From Takakia lepidozioides (lineage: Eukaryota; Plantae; Bryophyta): a stretch of DNA of 64,000 bases. A program made the translations under genes and the position numbers. Below are positions 23,720 to 35,479 of the stretch, one piece after another; the first letter of the stretch is position 1, and each line of letters opens with the position of its first letter. The stretch lies in contig CM060733.1 in assembly GCA_030704615.1 (NCBI GenBank), positions 69,502,001 to 69,566,000 on the forward strand. Reading direction: 5' to 3'. The notes below the pieces were generated by a model, which did not search any database, had not been told where the DNA came from, and was given only the letters and a program-made list of their open reading frames with translations.

Positions 23720-24566
23720 ACAAGGAGTACATCCACAGATTTGTCTCTAATATAGACCAGCACAGGTTCTAGAGACAGGATTGTGGATCTTTCATGGCAC
23801 ACTCACACTCTAAAAATTCCATAGATTTTTAGCAGAGTCCCAAAAACAGAAACCAGGTCTAGATAGGTAGATTTCCCCTTTCTGCAGCTATCCCCTCAAA
23901 AACTGGGTCAAACAGAGTCCATTTGACAAAGATATGACCAATTTGGCTTTACATCATTTAAATTAGATCAAAATGCCCTGTTTTTTTTTTTTTTTTTTTT
24001 TGAAGGTTTTCAAATTTAAAAATTTAAAGTTACCCAAACTATCTGGTAACTGGTTCCCAGTTCCCTACGTTCTATATGGTTTCCTAGGTTCCCTGGCCAC
24101 GTGCCCTATAATTCGCACCTTGCTCCAGTCTTCTGCATACCGAGAGTGAGAGAGAGAGAGAGAGAGAGGGAATTGTGGCACTCAGTAGTGTCTTGTTGTG
24201 AAAGAGAGTGGATTCCGTGATTGCTTGCAGGCTTGCGCACCAAGAGAGGGGGAGGAAAGACATGTTTATGGACATGTTTATGGACGCCATGTACAGGCGA
24301 GGGGTCACTCACAGTCTGCTTGAGGCCTTGGTGGCTAACGATAAATCACTGAGGAGGATTACCAGCGGGAAGCACTGGACTTTGTGCTGGAGCTTGCGGG
24401 TCCCCGGCCCATTCCAGTTACGGGGGAGAAAGCCCTGGCTCCTGAATCGCCCGTCTATCCCCAGCGTAGCTCGGCTCCGCCGTTCCCAAACCCGTCGTCT
24501 CCATCCTGCAGCTGAAACTCTAGCACTTTTGTGAATGTGAACTGCTTACTGCAGGGAAGTGGGTGT

Positions 24567-25000
24567 ATGGGAGCATTCGAGTCCATGGATGCAACACCGC
24601 TTGATCAGGTCATCAACGATGCAATTGACTGGAGTTTCCGTAAGCAGAATCCAGAGGGCTATTGGGCGGGCCAGGTCGAATCAAGCTGCTCGGCGCCCAG
24701 TACGTCCGCTGCCGCTCGACTTTTGTTGTCATGAGCTCCATGAACCAGAGGACATGAAACAACGTCAAAGCAAGAAAACTTCTCTTTCAAATCTCGCCAG
24801 ACATGTCTGTGAAAGTTTATTCCTCTACTTCGACAAGTTCCTCATATGGTATGGTAAGAGCCGTTCCAAGCCTGGCCGTGAGGTGGCCATCGTATGCTGC
24901 TTGGCCTGGATCCTCCGGCGACAAGATTTTGACGGCACTTGTTGTGGTGTACAACCTCCTTGGGTGTACTCGTTGATGGCGTTGAGCTATATATCGCCTG
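24567..25000 (+). pseudogene. Captured squalene-hopene cyclase fragments
   Basis: QNPEGYWAGQVES (N-terminal QW repeat) fused to RPVRPLP...FDKFL...REVAI...WILRRQDFDG..GVQPPWVYSLMAL, matching the SHC QxxDGxWGGIQPPWVY motif. Confidence 0.8.
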
Positions 25001-25647
25001 CTTACTGTAGGGAATCAGGCCAGAGTACGTTCGTCGTTCGTTTCTGCTGAATTGGTCAGAAGACAATTCCAAGCCCGGAACCTAGGGCGCATACAATGCA
25101 GCAACCCCAAGAACGGAAAGCGCAAAGTTCTGCTGTTGGCGAGGCTCCATAGCAACCATATACACGGAACTCCGTCCTCTGCGCATTGCGAAGAGGATGC
25201 CGCTTTTCTGCTCCATAGCCCTGCCCCTTAACCCGCTGCATGGCGCTCTTGCATGATCAAAGCAAATGATTGACAAAGAAGCTGAAGCTAAATTTTGGTC
25301 CAAGACCAACCCCGATACAAGAATCAATTGCAACAGCAGGCTCCTCTATAAGCTTACTGGTGAAACGATCATCCAGCTTCAAGGATCATGCATAGGTGCC
25401 AACTAGCATTTGCTGCTGCATTTTTAAGTATCTCCTTGTGTACCCCAAAGCCTCTAGTGACTTGGTAGCTTCAGCGACTGCAATAACAATGGCGGCTCTG
25501 GCATCGTCATCCTCCAGGCGTTTCAGGGCACGCTGAATCTTGTGGTCACATTCAATGATATGCTTCTCAAACTAATCACTACTTATACGCAGGTAATCTT
25601 GCAAGTGCTAACCCTCAACTCCTACCTTGCACTCACAGGTAAGAGAG

Positions 25648-25661
25648 CATCTTTCTCGAGT
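25648..25661 (-). promoter_or_regulatory. Sequence at the PBS position, complementary to the element's own repeat B
   Basis: CATCTTTCTCGAGT (25648-25661) is the exact reverse complement of ACTCGAGAAAGATG (25842-25855). No TGG tRNA-type PBS. Confidence 0.65.
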
Positions 25662-26008
25662 GATAGAAATCCAACGAACACACTGTGACACAAAACATGA
25701 AAACCAAACCATCACTCTTAGAAAATAGTAGTCGAGCCAGGGGCACCCCAAGCTATGGGGACTCCACCCCACAACAACCTGTACCCCTACATAAGCACAC
25801 TCAAATCTAAACACATGCAGGAGCTCGGTCGCGCAGGCTCAACTCGAGAAAGATGAGCCGCGCGACTGCCGCTCTCGTGAAGATAAGACGGACCAGGTGT
25901 CAAACTAAACTTGACACCTGATTTAACACTTGACCTAAATCCAAGTGTTAAATACAAATAACTAGTTTTATTCTAGCTGTTTTCACACTGTGCTTATTTA
26001 ACTTGACA
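25661..26008. repeat. Terminal repeat B, outer (5') copy
   Basis: Identical to 14500-14847; ends in GACA followed by TSD CCTG. Confidence 0.95.
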
Positions 26009-26012
26009 CCTG

Positions 26013-26562
26013 GCGTAGATGTGGTGCTCACTGCAGAGAGACGGGAGAGAGCTCTAAAGATGTTGAGAGACAGCGCCCTGAAGCACACCTACAGCTCCGT
26101 TTCCCATCTTCTCCGAAAAGGCCACCCTCCACGTATTCCCCTGTGCAGGATGAGGACGCTACCCGCTGTTCGGCGAGCTGAAAGGCCCGGGGTAGAGAAG
26201 CTGAAGCTTTTTTTTGAGAGAGATGGGTACAACGACGCCCTTGCGTCCTTTCTGCTTGCAACGAACAACACCGCAGGAGTGGCTTCCACCGTCACGGCCG
26301 AGGATAGAGCGACCTGGGACATGCATTGGCAGGAGGAGGACCGCTGCTTTGAGGAGGCCATCAAGGGCACCACCTGGGAGTTATTGAGCAACCAATGGTT
26401 GTATATCTATGATGGCAACCACCACTACTTGGCGTGGATAGATGTGATAACATAGCAGCATGCCGACGACCCCGAATGGCACTATGCAGTCAATGCAAAG
26501 ATTATGGATGTGAAACGAGAGGACATCGCTTTGGTCAGAAGGGCCATGAATCGCATGAACAT
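26013..26562 (+). pseudogene. 3' part of ParB/Srx-like domain exon
   Basis: LYIYDGNHHYLAW resembles the ParB-fold DGxHR motif. One internal TAG at 26453; GT donor at 26563. Confidence 0.6.
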
Positions 26563-26952
26563 GTAAGACTGCTCACGTTTCTTCATAGTCTACTCATATG
26601 GACATTGTTTCTATCGTCAGTCCTGTAGTGTTCTGCTCACATTCGCAAACATTTTTCGGCGATTACTCCGACTGCAGGATGCCGGGAGTCGGTGCCAATT
26701 TCCCATGCAAAGTGACAGTGCTGAGGAGTCTGTGCCGACTTCTGCAGTTGCTTTCTGTAACATGTTGTGTTTGATGCAATGCTATTTCATTCTGTGTTTT
26801 CTCGCTCCTTTGGGCTGCTGCTTCCGATCAGTAGGGGACACGTCGTCTCCTGGTACGCGCCGCGCTTCGGGGTTTGTATGACGCGGCCCTTCGCCTTGAG
26901 GGTAGGGGGTCGGGACACAAAAGAGGCTGCCCCTATGGTGGGGGCAGTGGCA

Positions 26953-28472
26953 CTTGCGGCCATCTATGACCGCTCCGGATTTGCTCAGAAAAGTCATCCC
27001 CAAAATGAGATCCACTCCATCGATCTCGCAAATGGTGAAGTTCTCACGTCCCTCCCAACTCCCGAGCTGAAGAGGAACTTTGAACGCCAACCTCGTCGCC
27101 AATTATGGTTCTCTTTTGGCAGAATGCACCTCAATAGAGGCCCCCACATCACTTGTCGGGAGCCCCAGCTTTTGTGCCGTTGCCGGTGTCATGAAAGAGT
27201 GCGACGCTCCTGTATCCACCAACAACGACACGTTAGTTCCAAAAATTATCCCGCTCACGAACATTTACTGACTCCCTTTATGCAAGGGGCCAGTCTCCTG
27301 GTACAACTCACAAAAGTAGTTGCTTACCTTGCAAGTCTTGGCGACCACCGCTTCCACCAAGCGGCTGATGGAATCTTCGGACAGCTCCGTGGTCGCCCAA
27401 GTCATGTTCAATTGTCGGGGTTTCGTGCACTTCTTGGCCATGTGCCCGGGCTCCCCGCAATTAAAGCACACTCCATCGAAGGTTACCTTCTGTCCGCCAT
27501 AAGCAGCCGCACCTGATTTTCCTTTCGGAGCACCGGGTGCCGCCTTGACGTGTGAAGGCCCTCCCTTCGATTTCCATGTGCCATTGTTGTTGCGTGGCCT
27601 ATCCCACTTCTTTTCCGGGCGGAAGGAGTCACCCTCCCGCCGGGTCTTCTTGTGGATCAGCTCCATACGGCCTTGTCTTTTGCCCCTAGGGACATCCGAG
27701 AAACATTCAGCCCTTTCAATTGCCTCGTTCAAAGTCTTAGGTGGTTTCTCCTCCAACTTCCGCCTGGCCCATGGGGCCAGTCCTGCCACAAAGTTGAAGA
27801 CCATTTCCGCGACTTTGAGCAACAACACATTGAAAGCCTGAACATATCCCCGAATGTCATCCATTTGCTTCAAATTCCTCATCTTGTCCCGGGCGAGCCA
27901 GGACGTGTTGAGGGGCACAAATTGTCTTTTCATAAGTTTCTTGAACCCACTCCAGCTCAAGGTTTCTGGGTCTGGACCTTGGTCATGAAGGCGTTTCTGC
28001 CACCATTGTTGAGCATAGCCCCTCAAATAGGTGGGAGCCACTTCCACCCAATCCTCGTCACTCAACTTGGCTGCCCGGAAGTACTGCTCCAGCTCCAAGA
28101 GCCAGGTATTGAGTGTCTTCCAATTTTGGACACCCTCGAAGGTGTTGGGTTCCTTAGGCTTCACCTTAAACTTTGCCTTTGTGGAAGTGGCATTAGCCGC
28201 CCTCAACACGTCTTTCAACGTCCCGCCAAACTGCGCCAACAACCCTCCCCAAAAGGCTGCTGGCATGGGAGGCATCTGTTGGTCTGCCGGAGCCTCCGGG
28301 AAGTCCTCGGGCTCTGACTCCCCAGAGTCCTCCCGTTCTTGAGCGGCCTTGCTTTCAAAAGCATGAATTGCCTCCTCAAATTGCCGCTTTGGTGACACGT
28401 CGCATCCACCAGGCTCACCAGGATCATCATCTTTCGGGCCATTCCGCTTTTGCTTTGGCTTGCCCGACCCCA
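26953..28472 (-). pseudogene. Chromovirus Gag and protease
   Basis: EPNTFEG...WL, LRGYAQQWW, CFNCGEPGHMAKKC; LVDTGAS after a stop; DLILG. Confidence 0.85.
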
Positions 28473-28510
28473 TGACGAGGTCGATCTCAAGGATTGCGTA
28501 CTGAACTCTA

Positions 28511-28523
28511 AGCTCTGATACCA
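28511..28523 (-). promoter_or_regulatory. tRNA-iMet primer binding site
   Basis: TGGTATCAGAGCT lies 2 nt from the LTR end ...CGACA (28526). Confidence 0.9.
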
Positions 28524-29008
28524 AGTGTCGCGTACCTCACTTCGGTAAGCTCCCCTTCAAGTTATAGTTACTCGCTTTGATGCGCGCGCCTAACTCCCAA
28601 AGTGGTCGCCGGGCCAACTCGGAGCTTCAGTTGCTCACCGGGACATAACGGTCCCCCTTTGCTCCTCCACAAGACCCTCTCTCAATTTGGGCCTAGTGGA
28701 AATTCCCTTTGGTTGTTGGCAGTCCGGAACAGCTCCCCACACCTTGGTCGTTTTCCGGCTCGCACGCTTACTCATTAGTTTTTGGTCACCAACGGGCTTG
28801 CACCGTTCTCGGGATTACTACTCCCTATATATACTTTTGTGACTGTCCGCGGGGGTTTCACAAACAACACCATCCTTTTATGGCGAACCACCATGAAGAC
28901 CCTCCGTTCCCGGTGGTGAGTTGCGGTGAGTCTTGGCCCACCCACCACGGCCCCATTGGACCGTGACGAGTCCCAAGACTCCCCTAGGAGCCACACGAGC
29001 CCCAATTT

Positions 29009-31890
29009 TTGCTTTACGTAAGACAAACGGAAGGAGAAGACGATAGGGAGCCGAGCCCAGACTGGATCAAGGGGATCTCGGAGAAATACCAGGATGTGAT
29101 GCCGGAGGATTTACCAAGCGGCTTGCCACCGCGAAGAGGAGTTGACCACAAGATTGAGGTGATACCGGGATCGGAGCCGCCTGCCAAGGCGCCCTACCAG
29201 TTGAGCCACAGAGAGTTGGTCGAGCTGAAGGCCCAGCTCAAGGATCTAATGTCAAAGGGGTACATCCGGCCAAGTAAGTCACCTTACGGAGCCCCGGTGC
29301 TATTCGCAGACAAGAAGGATGGGACGTTGCGGATGTGTGTCGATTACAAGGCTCTGAATAAAGTGACTATAAAAAACCGGTACCCTTTGCCAAGGATCGA
29401 CGACCTCTTCAATTGGTTGGCAGGAGCAAAGTATTTCAGCCGAATCGATTTGCGCTCCGGCTACCATCAAATCCGAGTGGCGGAAGGAGATGAGGAGAAG
29501 ACCGCGTGCAGGACAAGATATGGTTCATATGAGTTCTTGGTGATGCCTTTTGGGCTCACCAATGCGCCCGCGACCTTTAGCACGCTAATGAACAGCCTTT
29601 TCCAAGAGTGGTTGGATGACTTTGTGATCGTGTACATCGATGACATCTTGGTGTACTCGAAAACAAAGGAAGAGCACCTTGAGCACCTCAAAATGGTGTT
29701 CTATAAATTACGGGAAGGGAAGCTGTATACCAAAGCTTCAAAGTGCAAATTCGGGGTCACAAAAGTGGAGTTCCTAGGGTATGTGATTACACAAGATGGG
29801 ATCAAAATGGATGACAGAAAGATGAGGGCGATCTTGGACTGGGAGCCTCCGACTTCGGTCCCGGGAGTGCGATCCTTCCTAGGACTCGCCTCCTATTACC
29901 GAAAGTATGTGAAAAAATTCATCAAGATCGCGGGGCCGCTGTCGGACCTTCTGTATAAGTCCAAGGTATGGGTGTGGAACACCTTTTGTGGCCAAGCTTT
30001 TGCCGAGTTGAAGCAGCGGATGGCGGAAGCTCTAGTCTTGAAAATCCCGGAGTTCGACCGTCCATTTGAGATTCATACAGATGCGTCGGACTTTGCAATT
30101 GGGGGTGTGCTCATGCAGGATGGACGTCCAGTGGCTTACGAAAGTAAGAAACTAAATGAAGTGGAGCGACGGTGGCCTACACACGAGAAAGAAATGAAGG
30201 CGGTGGTGCATATCCTTGAGCTTTGGCGCCACTATGTTGGTTCCAACCCGGTGAAGGTGTTCACGGACAATGTCACAGTGAAGTATTTTGCCACGCAGCC
30301 TAAGTTGTCCCCAAAACAACTTAGGTGACAAGACACTTTGGCACTATTCGACGTGGATATCCAGGACAAACCGGGACGGGACAATGTGGTGGCCGATGCT
30401 TTAAGTAGAAAACAACAACTCATGTTGGTGTACAGGGGCGACGACGCTCCAAAGGAAGATCCGGAAGGATGAGATGGTGAAGTCCGTGATACGAGACTTG
30501 AGGATGGGGGTTAAATTGCAGTTCCACTTGCACAATGGACTACTCCGGTACAAGCGAAAGCGTCTCTACGTGCCCAAGGGAGGGATCAGAGATAGTTTCT
30601 TGAGAGAATGCCACGATGGCCCGCTTGCGGGCCACGGCGGAGCCAAGCGCACCGCGACACTCTTGAAGAAAGAGTATTTCTGGCCCAAACTGAGGGAGGA
30701 GGCCGAGGAGTATGTCAAGACATGCACCACATGCCAACAAAACCGGAACGAGTACAAAAAGCAAGCGGGGCTGTTACAACCCTTGCCGATTCCAGAGGGA
30801 TCTTGGGAAAGTGTCTCGATGGATTTCATGACTGCTATGCCGCTGTCAAAAGGATTCGATGCAATCATGGTGGTGGTGGATAGGTTCAGTAAAATGGGCC
30901 ATTTCATTCCCACCAAGGAGACGGCAACAGCACAGGAGACGGGGCGACTTTACTTCGCCCACATCTTCAAGCATCATGGACTTCCGAAGGATATTGTCTC
31001 GGACCGCGATCCAAAGTTTACAAGTAAATTTTGGATGGCACATTGGAAGAAAATGGGGACGAGGCTCAAGATGAGCACCGCTTTCCGACCTATGACGGAC
31101 GGCCAAACGGAAAGAGTGAATTCCGTGGTGAAGCAGATCTTGCGGAATTATGTGTCGTCAAACCAATCAGACTGGGTGGAGCACTTGGATGCAGCAGAGT
31201 TCTGTTATAATAACACAAAACACTCCGCAACGGGAGTTTCCCCTTTCGTATTGGTCTATGGAAAAGCACCTTTGGTGCCGACAAGTTGGGCCGCCCAGGA
31301 AGTTGAGGAACCGACAGCAGCGGCGGTGCTGGAAGAACGCGAGCGTGTATTGGAGCTCGCAAAGTACAACATTGCCAAAGCTAGGAAACGGTATGAACGG
31401 CAGACGAATCGAAAGCGGAGGGAAATTAAGTTTGAGGCAGGCACGGAGGTCTGGTTGAACATCAAGAATTTTTGACTACCTCCGGAAGTGAGTCCGAAGT
31501 TTGTACCTCCGTATGCGGGGCCCTTTCGCATCCGGAAGGTCATAAATGAGGATGTGTATGAATTGGAGCTGCCGGCAAATAGCAAGGTGCATCTAGTATT
31601 CCACGTCTCCTTTTTGGAGCCTTACTTCAAAGATGAAGCGCGTCCGAATCGACATCAAGTGTTGCGTCCGCCACCTATGCTGTTGGATCATGAAAATGAA
31701 CCTGAGTACGAGGTGGAGGCAGTGCTTAAGTCGAGGAGGTTCAAGAATCGAGAAATGGAGTATCTCGTGAAATGGAAGGGCTATCATCAAGTGGAGGCAA
31801 CTTGGGTGCGTGCCTCAGAAATGAGAAACGCCATCCGAGGCGGTTGCAGCTTTCGAAGGGCGACCTCAAAAGCGGAAGAAGCGTTGATGG
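29009..31890 (+). pseudogene. Chromovirus pol (RT, RNase H, integrase, chromodomain) with stops and frameshift
   Basis: YIDD, TDAS, HHCC, SMDF/SDRD/QTER, GPF, EYEVEAVL...YLVKWKGY...ATW. Stops at 30326 and 31473. Confidence 0.93.
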
Positions 31891-31921
31891 TGACATCAAC
31901 CTTGGAGCGTGGGGGAGGAAA

Positions 31922-33507
31922 TGCATGCTTAGTCCGGCTTAGCTAGCTAAGGAATCCGATTGTAAAAACTTGTGTTGCACAAATTTTGTTTATAAATGAA
32001 ATGGTTTCCAAATGTTGTGCGTCCTATTTTGTTTGGAATGGTGATGCATGGTATGGTTGGCTAGTGTGTAGGATGCATGCTAGCTTACAAAAGTGGGAGA
32101 GGTAAATTGGATTAATTGTGTGTTTGCGCAGTGCCGAAATCGGGTGACTCCCATCCAAGGGGAAACTTGCGCCTTCTTTGGGAGTTCACGTGCTAGTGCA
32201 CACCTGGCGCGTGCGTGTACTATAACTGCGCTACCGAGGGATTGCCTTGTAGTGTGGGCTAATGCGGAAGCTACGTGCTTCCGTTCACGTACTATAATCG
32301 TGTAGCCTTGGGATGAGTCGTAGTGCGGCTTCGGCGTATTCCCGTACCCTCAGGCCAGCATTCCAAGGCGGACCCAATTGTAGTGATTGGGGCGCACGGT
32401 TGGTTCAAGGTTACCTTCCTAGTCAAAAAGGGTTCAAGGTGAACCCTTGCTCAAGGTGATGCCAAAAGCGGCATCATGAGCGGTCGTAAGCAATGTTGTT
32501 GCAGTAAGGCGATTCGATCATCAAGGATGATCGTTCATTGGCCTTGAAGTGGGCCAAAAAGAGTGCACTGGGTGGAGCTTGAGAGGCTCCACCCTTGGCT
32601 GGGACTTGGAGGAAGTCAGCCGAACTAGCTAGTGGAGAGTAGAGTCAAGTGGGGGTTTGGTTCTCTGCCATGGGACGCCATGGTACGGAAACAAACTCCT
32701 TGATGTGGGACGCCGCAACTTGGATGTTCGTTTCTACAAAATGGACAAGTCGATGAGGACATCGACTCCCTGTTGGTAGGGGTGTGTATCGCGGCCCTTT
32801 GCCTTGAGGGCAGGGGGTCGGGACACAAAAGGGGCTGCCCATGTGGTGGGGGCAGTGGCAACAATAGATACGAGGGCTGAAGCACCCTTGAGTGCCCAAG
32901 GCACTCAAGGAGGCGGAGGCGCTCACTAGGTGGAACCCCTACCGGGTTGCGGTGGGGGTGGTTCCACGAGGGGGGTGGTAGCTTAGTGGGACTTAGTGGG
33001 GGTGGCATAGGACTTACCATGGGGTGGAGACCTTGTGGTGGGAGTTGTGGGGAGTCTTGGGACTCATCACGGTCCAATGGGGCCGTGGTGGGTGGGCCAA
33101 GACTCACCGTGACTCACCACCGGGAATGGAGGGTCTTCGTGGTGGTTCGCCATAAAAGTACAGTGTTGTTTGTGAAACCCCCGCGGACAGTCACAAAAGT
33201 ATATATAGGGAGTAGTAACCCCGAGAACGGTGCAAGCCCGTTGGTGACCAAAAACTAGTGAGTAAGCGTGCGAGCCGGAAAACGACCAAGGTGTGGGGAG
33301 CTGTTCCGGACTGCCAACAACCAAAGGGAATTTCCACTAGGCCCAAATTGAGAGAGGGTCTTGTGGAGGAGCAAAGGGGGACCGTTATGTCCCGGTGAGC
33401 AGCCGAAGCTCCGAGTTGGCCCGGCGACCACTTTGGGAGTTAGGCGCGCGCATCAAAGCGAGTAACTATGACTTGAAGGGGAACTTACCGAAGTGAGGTG
33501 CGCGACA
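31922..33507 (+). repeat. Chromovirus LTR (~1.59 kb)
   Basis: TG...CA after the PPT; homologous to 28526-29003, 50616-52130 and 52237-53838. Confidence 0.9.
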
Positions 33508-33880
33508 TTGTACACCCTCTCAACCTCTCCACAAAATGAGTAACGTGCTTCGGGAACTCGGCAGCGGGCCAGGGTTTTAGTGGCAACTCAACCTCGTCCC
33601 AACCATCCACCATGTTCAACCAAGGACAACCCTCCCCATCAATGATATGCCTATTCAACCTAACCTTATCCTTCATGGACCGCCCACAAAACTTGCACTT
33701 ATAGGGATTCCTTTGTTTCGCGCCATCACAAACTTTGAGGTCCGCCTCTGCCTCCATTATCATCTTCTCCCACTCAGTTGGCGTATACCAGAAAGGAACC
33801 TCGTCCCCTTTCTTAGGCTTGTGCCAAAAAACCAGCATACCATCCTCAGGGGGAACAACCTTAGGCCTAGTCTTCGCCAT
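33508..33880 (-). other. ORF fragment with C2H2-like zinc finger, cut by the LTR
   Basis: YKCKFCGRSMKDKVRLNRH. The G-rich upstream tract resembles ~2000-2600 and ~4600-4750. Confidence 0.4.
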
Positions 33881-34679
33881 CGGCAACGAGCACACGACGC
33901 CGAAATACAAAAAAGAAAAAGCAAGGAACAGAAGCCAGAGAAAACAAGGAAGAGCACACGGATTGCAACGAACAAAAGGAAAACACAAAGCATAGACAGC
34001 AAAGAGCAGTTGAGCAGTTGAAAAACCACAACGAAGAGCCGCCACCGAAGAGTCGCTTCGCGAGGAAGACATTCCGACGTGCAGTGTACCTAGGGGAGCG
34101 GGCACGTGGGGGAGCAGGGGATCAGTCGATCCTAGCCACTCCCAGAACATGGGGATCAAAGTAGGGGGACCAGACATGTGGGGGGATGTTAGTAGAGGGG
34201 AGCTGACATGTGCGGAGAGTACTGGATATGACATGCATGGCGATTTTGTGGTCAGGGAGGTGACACGTGGGTAGAGAAGACAGGGGGAGCGGCAGGGGGG
34301 GGGACCAGACAGTGGGGGAGCAAAAACTCGGGAGGGATTGGATGTTTGGGGTTTTGCAAGTGACGGATTGAGGGAGGGAGACAACTCATGAGAGGAAGGG
34401 GACCAAAACTGCAGGGGCAAGGAACATGAAAAGAGATCGTTGTGTAGGACGAGTAAAACACCATGCTAGGTCGAAAAAGAAATCCCTATAAGTGCCTGCA
34501 TTATGAGCTGGCCGGAATACAACCATCTTGGACTCTCCAACCTCCATCAATCCTATTCAGCTGCTCGATACCCAACCATGTTCGATTCTGCAACACACAA
34601 ATGTTCACATTTGAATCTAGTAAGGTAAGTAGTATGAAAAAACAAACATGAAGTTGAGGCTGAAGTTTAATATGCAAAA

Positions 34680-35137
34680 GCCCCGGTGCTATTCGCAGAC
34701 AAGAAGGATGGGACGCTGCGGATGTGTGTCGATTACAGGGCTTTGAATAAGGTGACTATTAAAAACCGGTACCCTTTGCCAAGGATCGACGACCTTTTCG
34801 ACCGGTTGGCAGGAGCGAAGTATTTCAGCCGGATCGACTTGCGCTCCGGCTATCATCAAATTCGGGTGGCGGAAGGAGATGAGGAGAAGACCGCGTGCAG
34901 GACAAGGTATGGTTCATATGAGTTCTTGGTGATGCCTTTTGGGCTCACTAATGCACCGGCGATCTTTAGCACGCTGATGAACAGCCTTTTTCAGGAGTGG
35001 TTGGATGACTTTGTGATCGTGTACATCGACGACATCTTGGTGTACTCGAAAACAAAGGAGGAGCACCTGGAGCACCTCAAAAGGGTGTTCCAAAAGTTGC
35101 GGGAAGGGAAGCTGTACGCCAAAGCTTCAAAATGCTA
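34680..35137 (+). pseudogene. Isolated RT fragment of the same chromovirus family
   Basis: Near-identical to 29291-29746. Confidence 0.9.
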
Positions 35138-35479
35138 TAGTTACAGATCCTCATCCCCCTGTACATGGGATTTGGTGCAGCCTACGCCAATCCTGTCAGC
35201 TTTCAAAACAATAAACAACAAACAAGAAAGAGGCAAACAAGAAAGAACAACAAAAGAAGAAGAAGAAGAAGAAGAAGAGAAGAAGAAAACCCCTGTACGC
35301 ACTGTATGCAAGACGTGAGCCGCAAGAGAATCACAAACGCCGTAGAGCGCACACGATTGAGGCCCTGGCAGGTCATCCCAAGCCCATTGAAGCAGGAGCA
35401 CAAACAAGCACGACAGCTGGAAACCCTCGCTCAATCCAGATGGAGAACCCTACCTCCACGACGAAGTGAACAACACATG

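Larger units (their letters stand above)
14414..26008 (-). mobile_element. Ty3/Gypsy-type retrotransposon with C5-DNA methyltransferase, PHD-integrase and split (permuted) terminal repeats
   Basis: TGTC...GACA ends; TSD CCTG at 14410-14413 and 26009-26012; domain order gag-PR-DNMT-RT-RH-IN-PHD; repeat copies identical by eye. Confidence 0.93.
4990..26800. mobile_element. Decayed large DNA transposon (Mutator/SWIM-like), interrupted by the Gypsy element; ends not defined
   Basis: SWIM gene, ParB-like exon and MTase-like exons. The palindrome AAGTC-N6-GACTT recurs over ~4990-13815 and again at ~26685-26745. Confidence 0.55.
26870..33507 (+). mobile_element. Chromovirus-type Gypsy retrotransposon, rearranged (part of 5' LTR, PBS, gag and protease inverted)
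   Basis: LTR piece at 26870-26952 (+); inverted block 26953-~29003; pol from 29009 (+); PPT at 31911-31921; 3' LTR at 31922-33507. Confidence 0.88.

Noticed and set aside
25240-25610. Minus-strand coding-like stretch in the Gypsy leader
   Set aside because: It has several stops and no identifiable family.
14414-26008. DIRS/Ngaro classification from the split repeats
   Set aside because: No tyrosine recombinase motif was seen; protease, DDE integrase and a TSD are present.
32625-33324. Repeated short ORFs (MVVGSPEQ..., MSLGPPTT...) also near 28.7, 51 and 53 kb
   Set aside because: These are chance ORFs inside copies of the same LTR.
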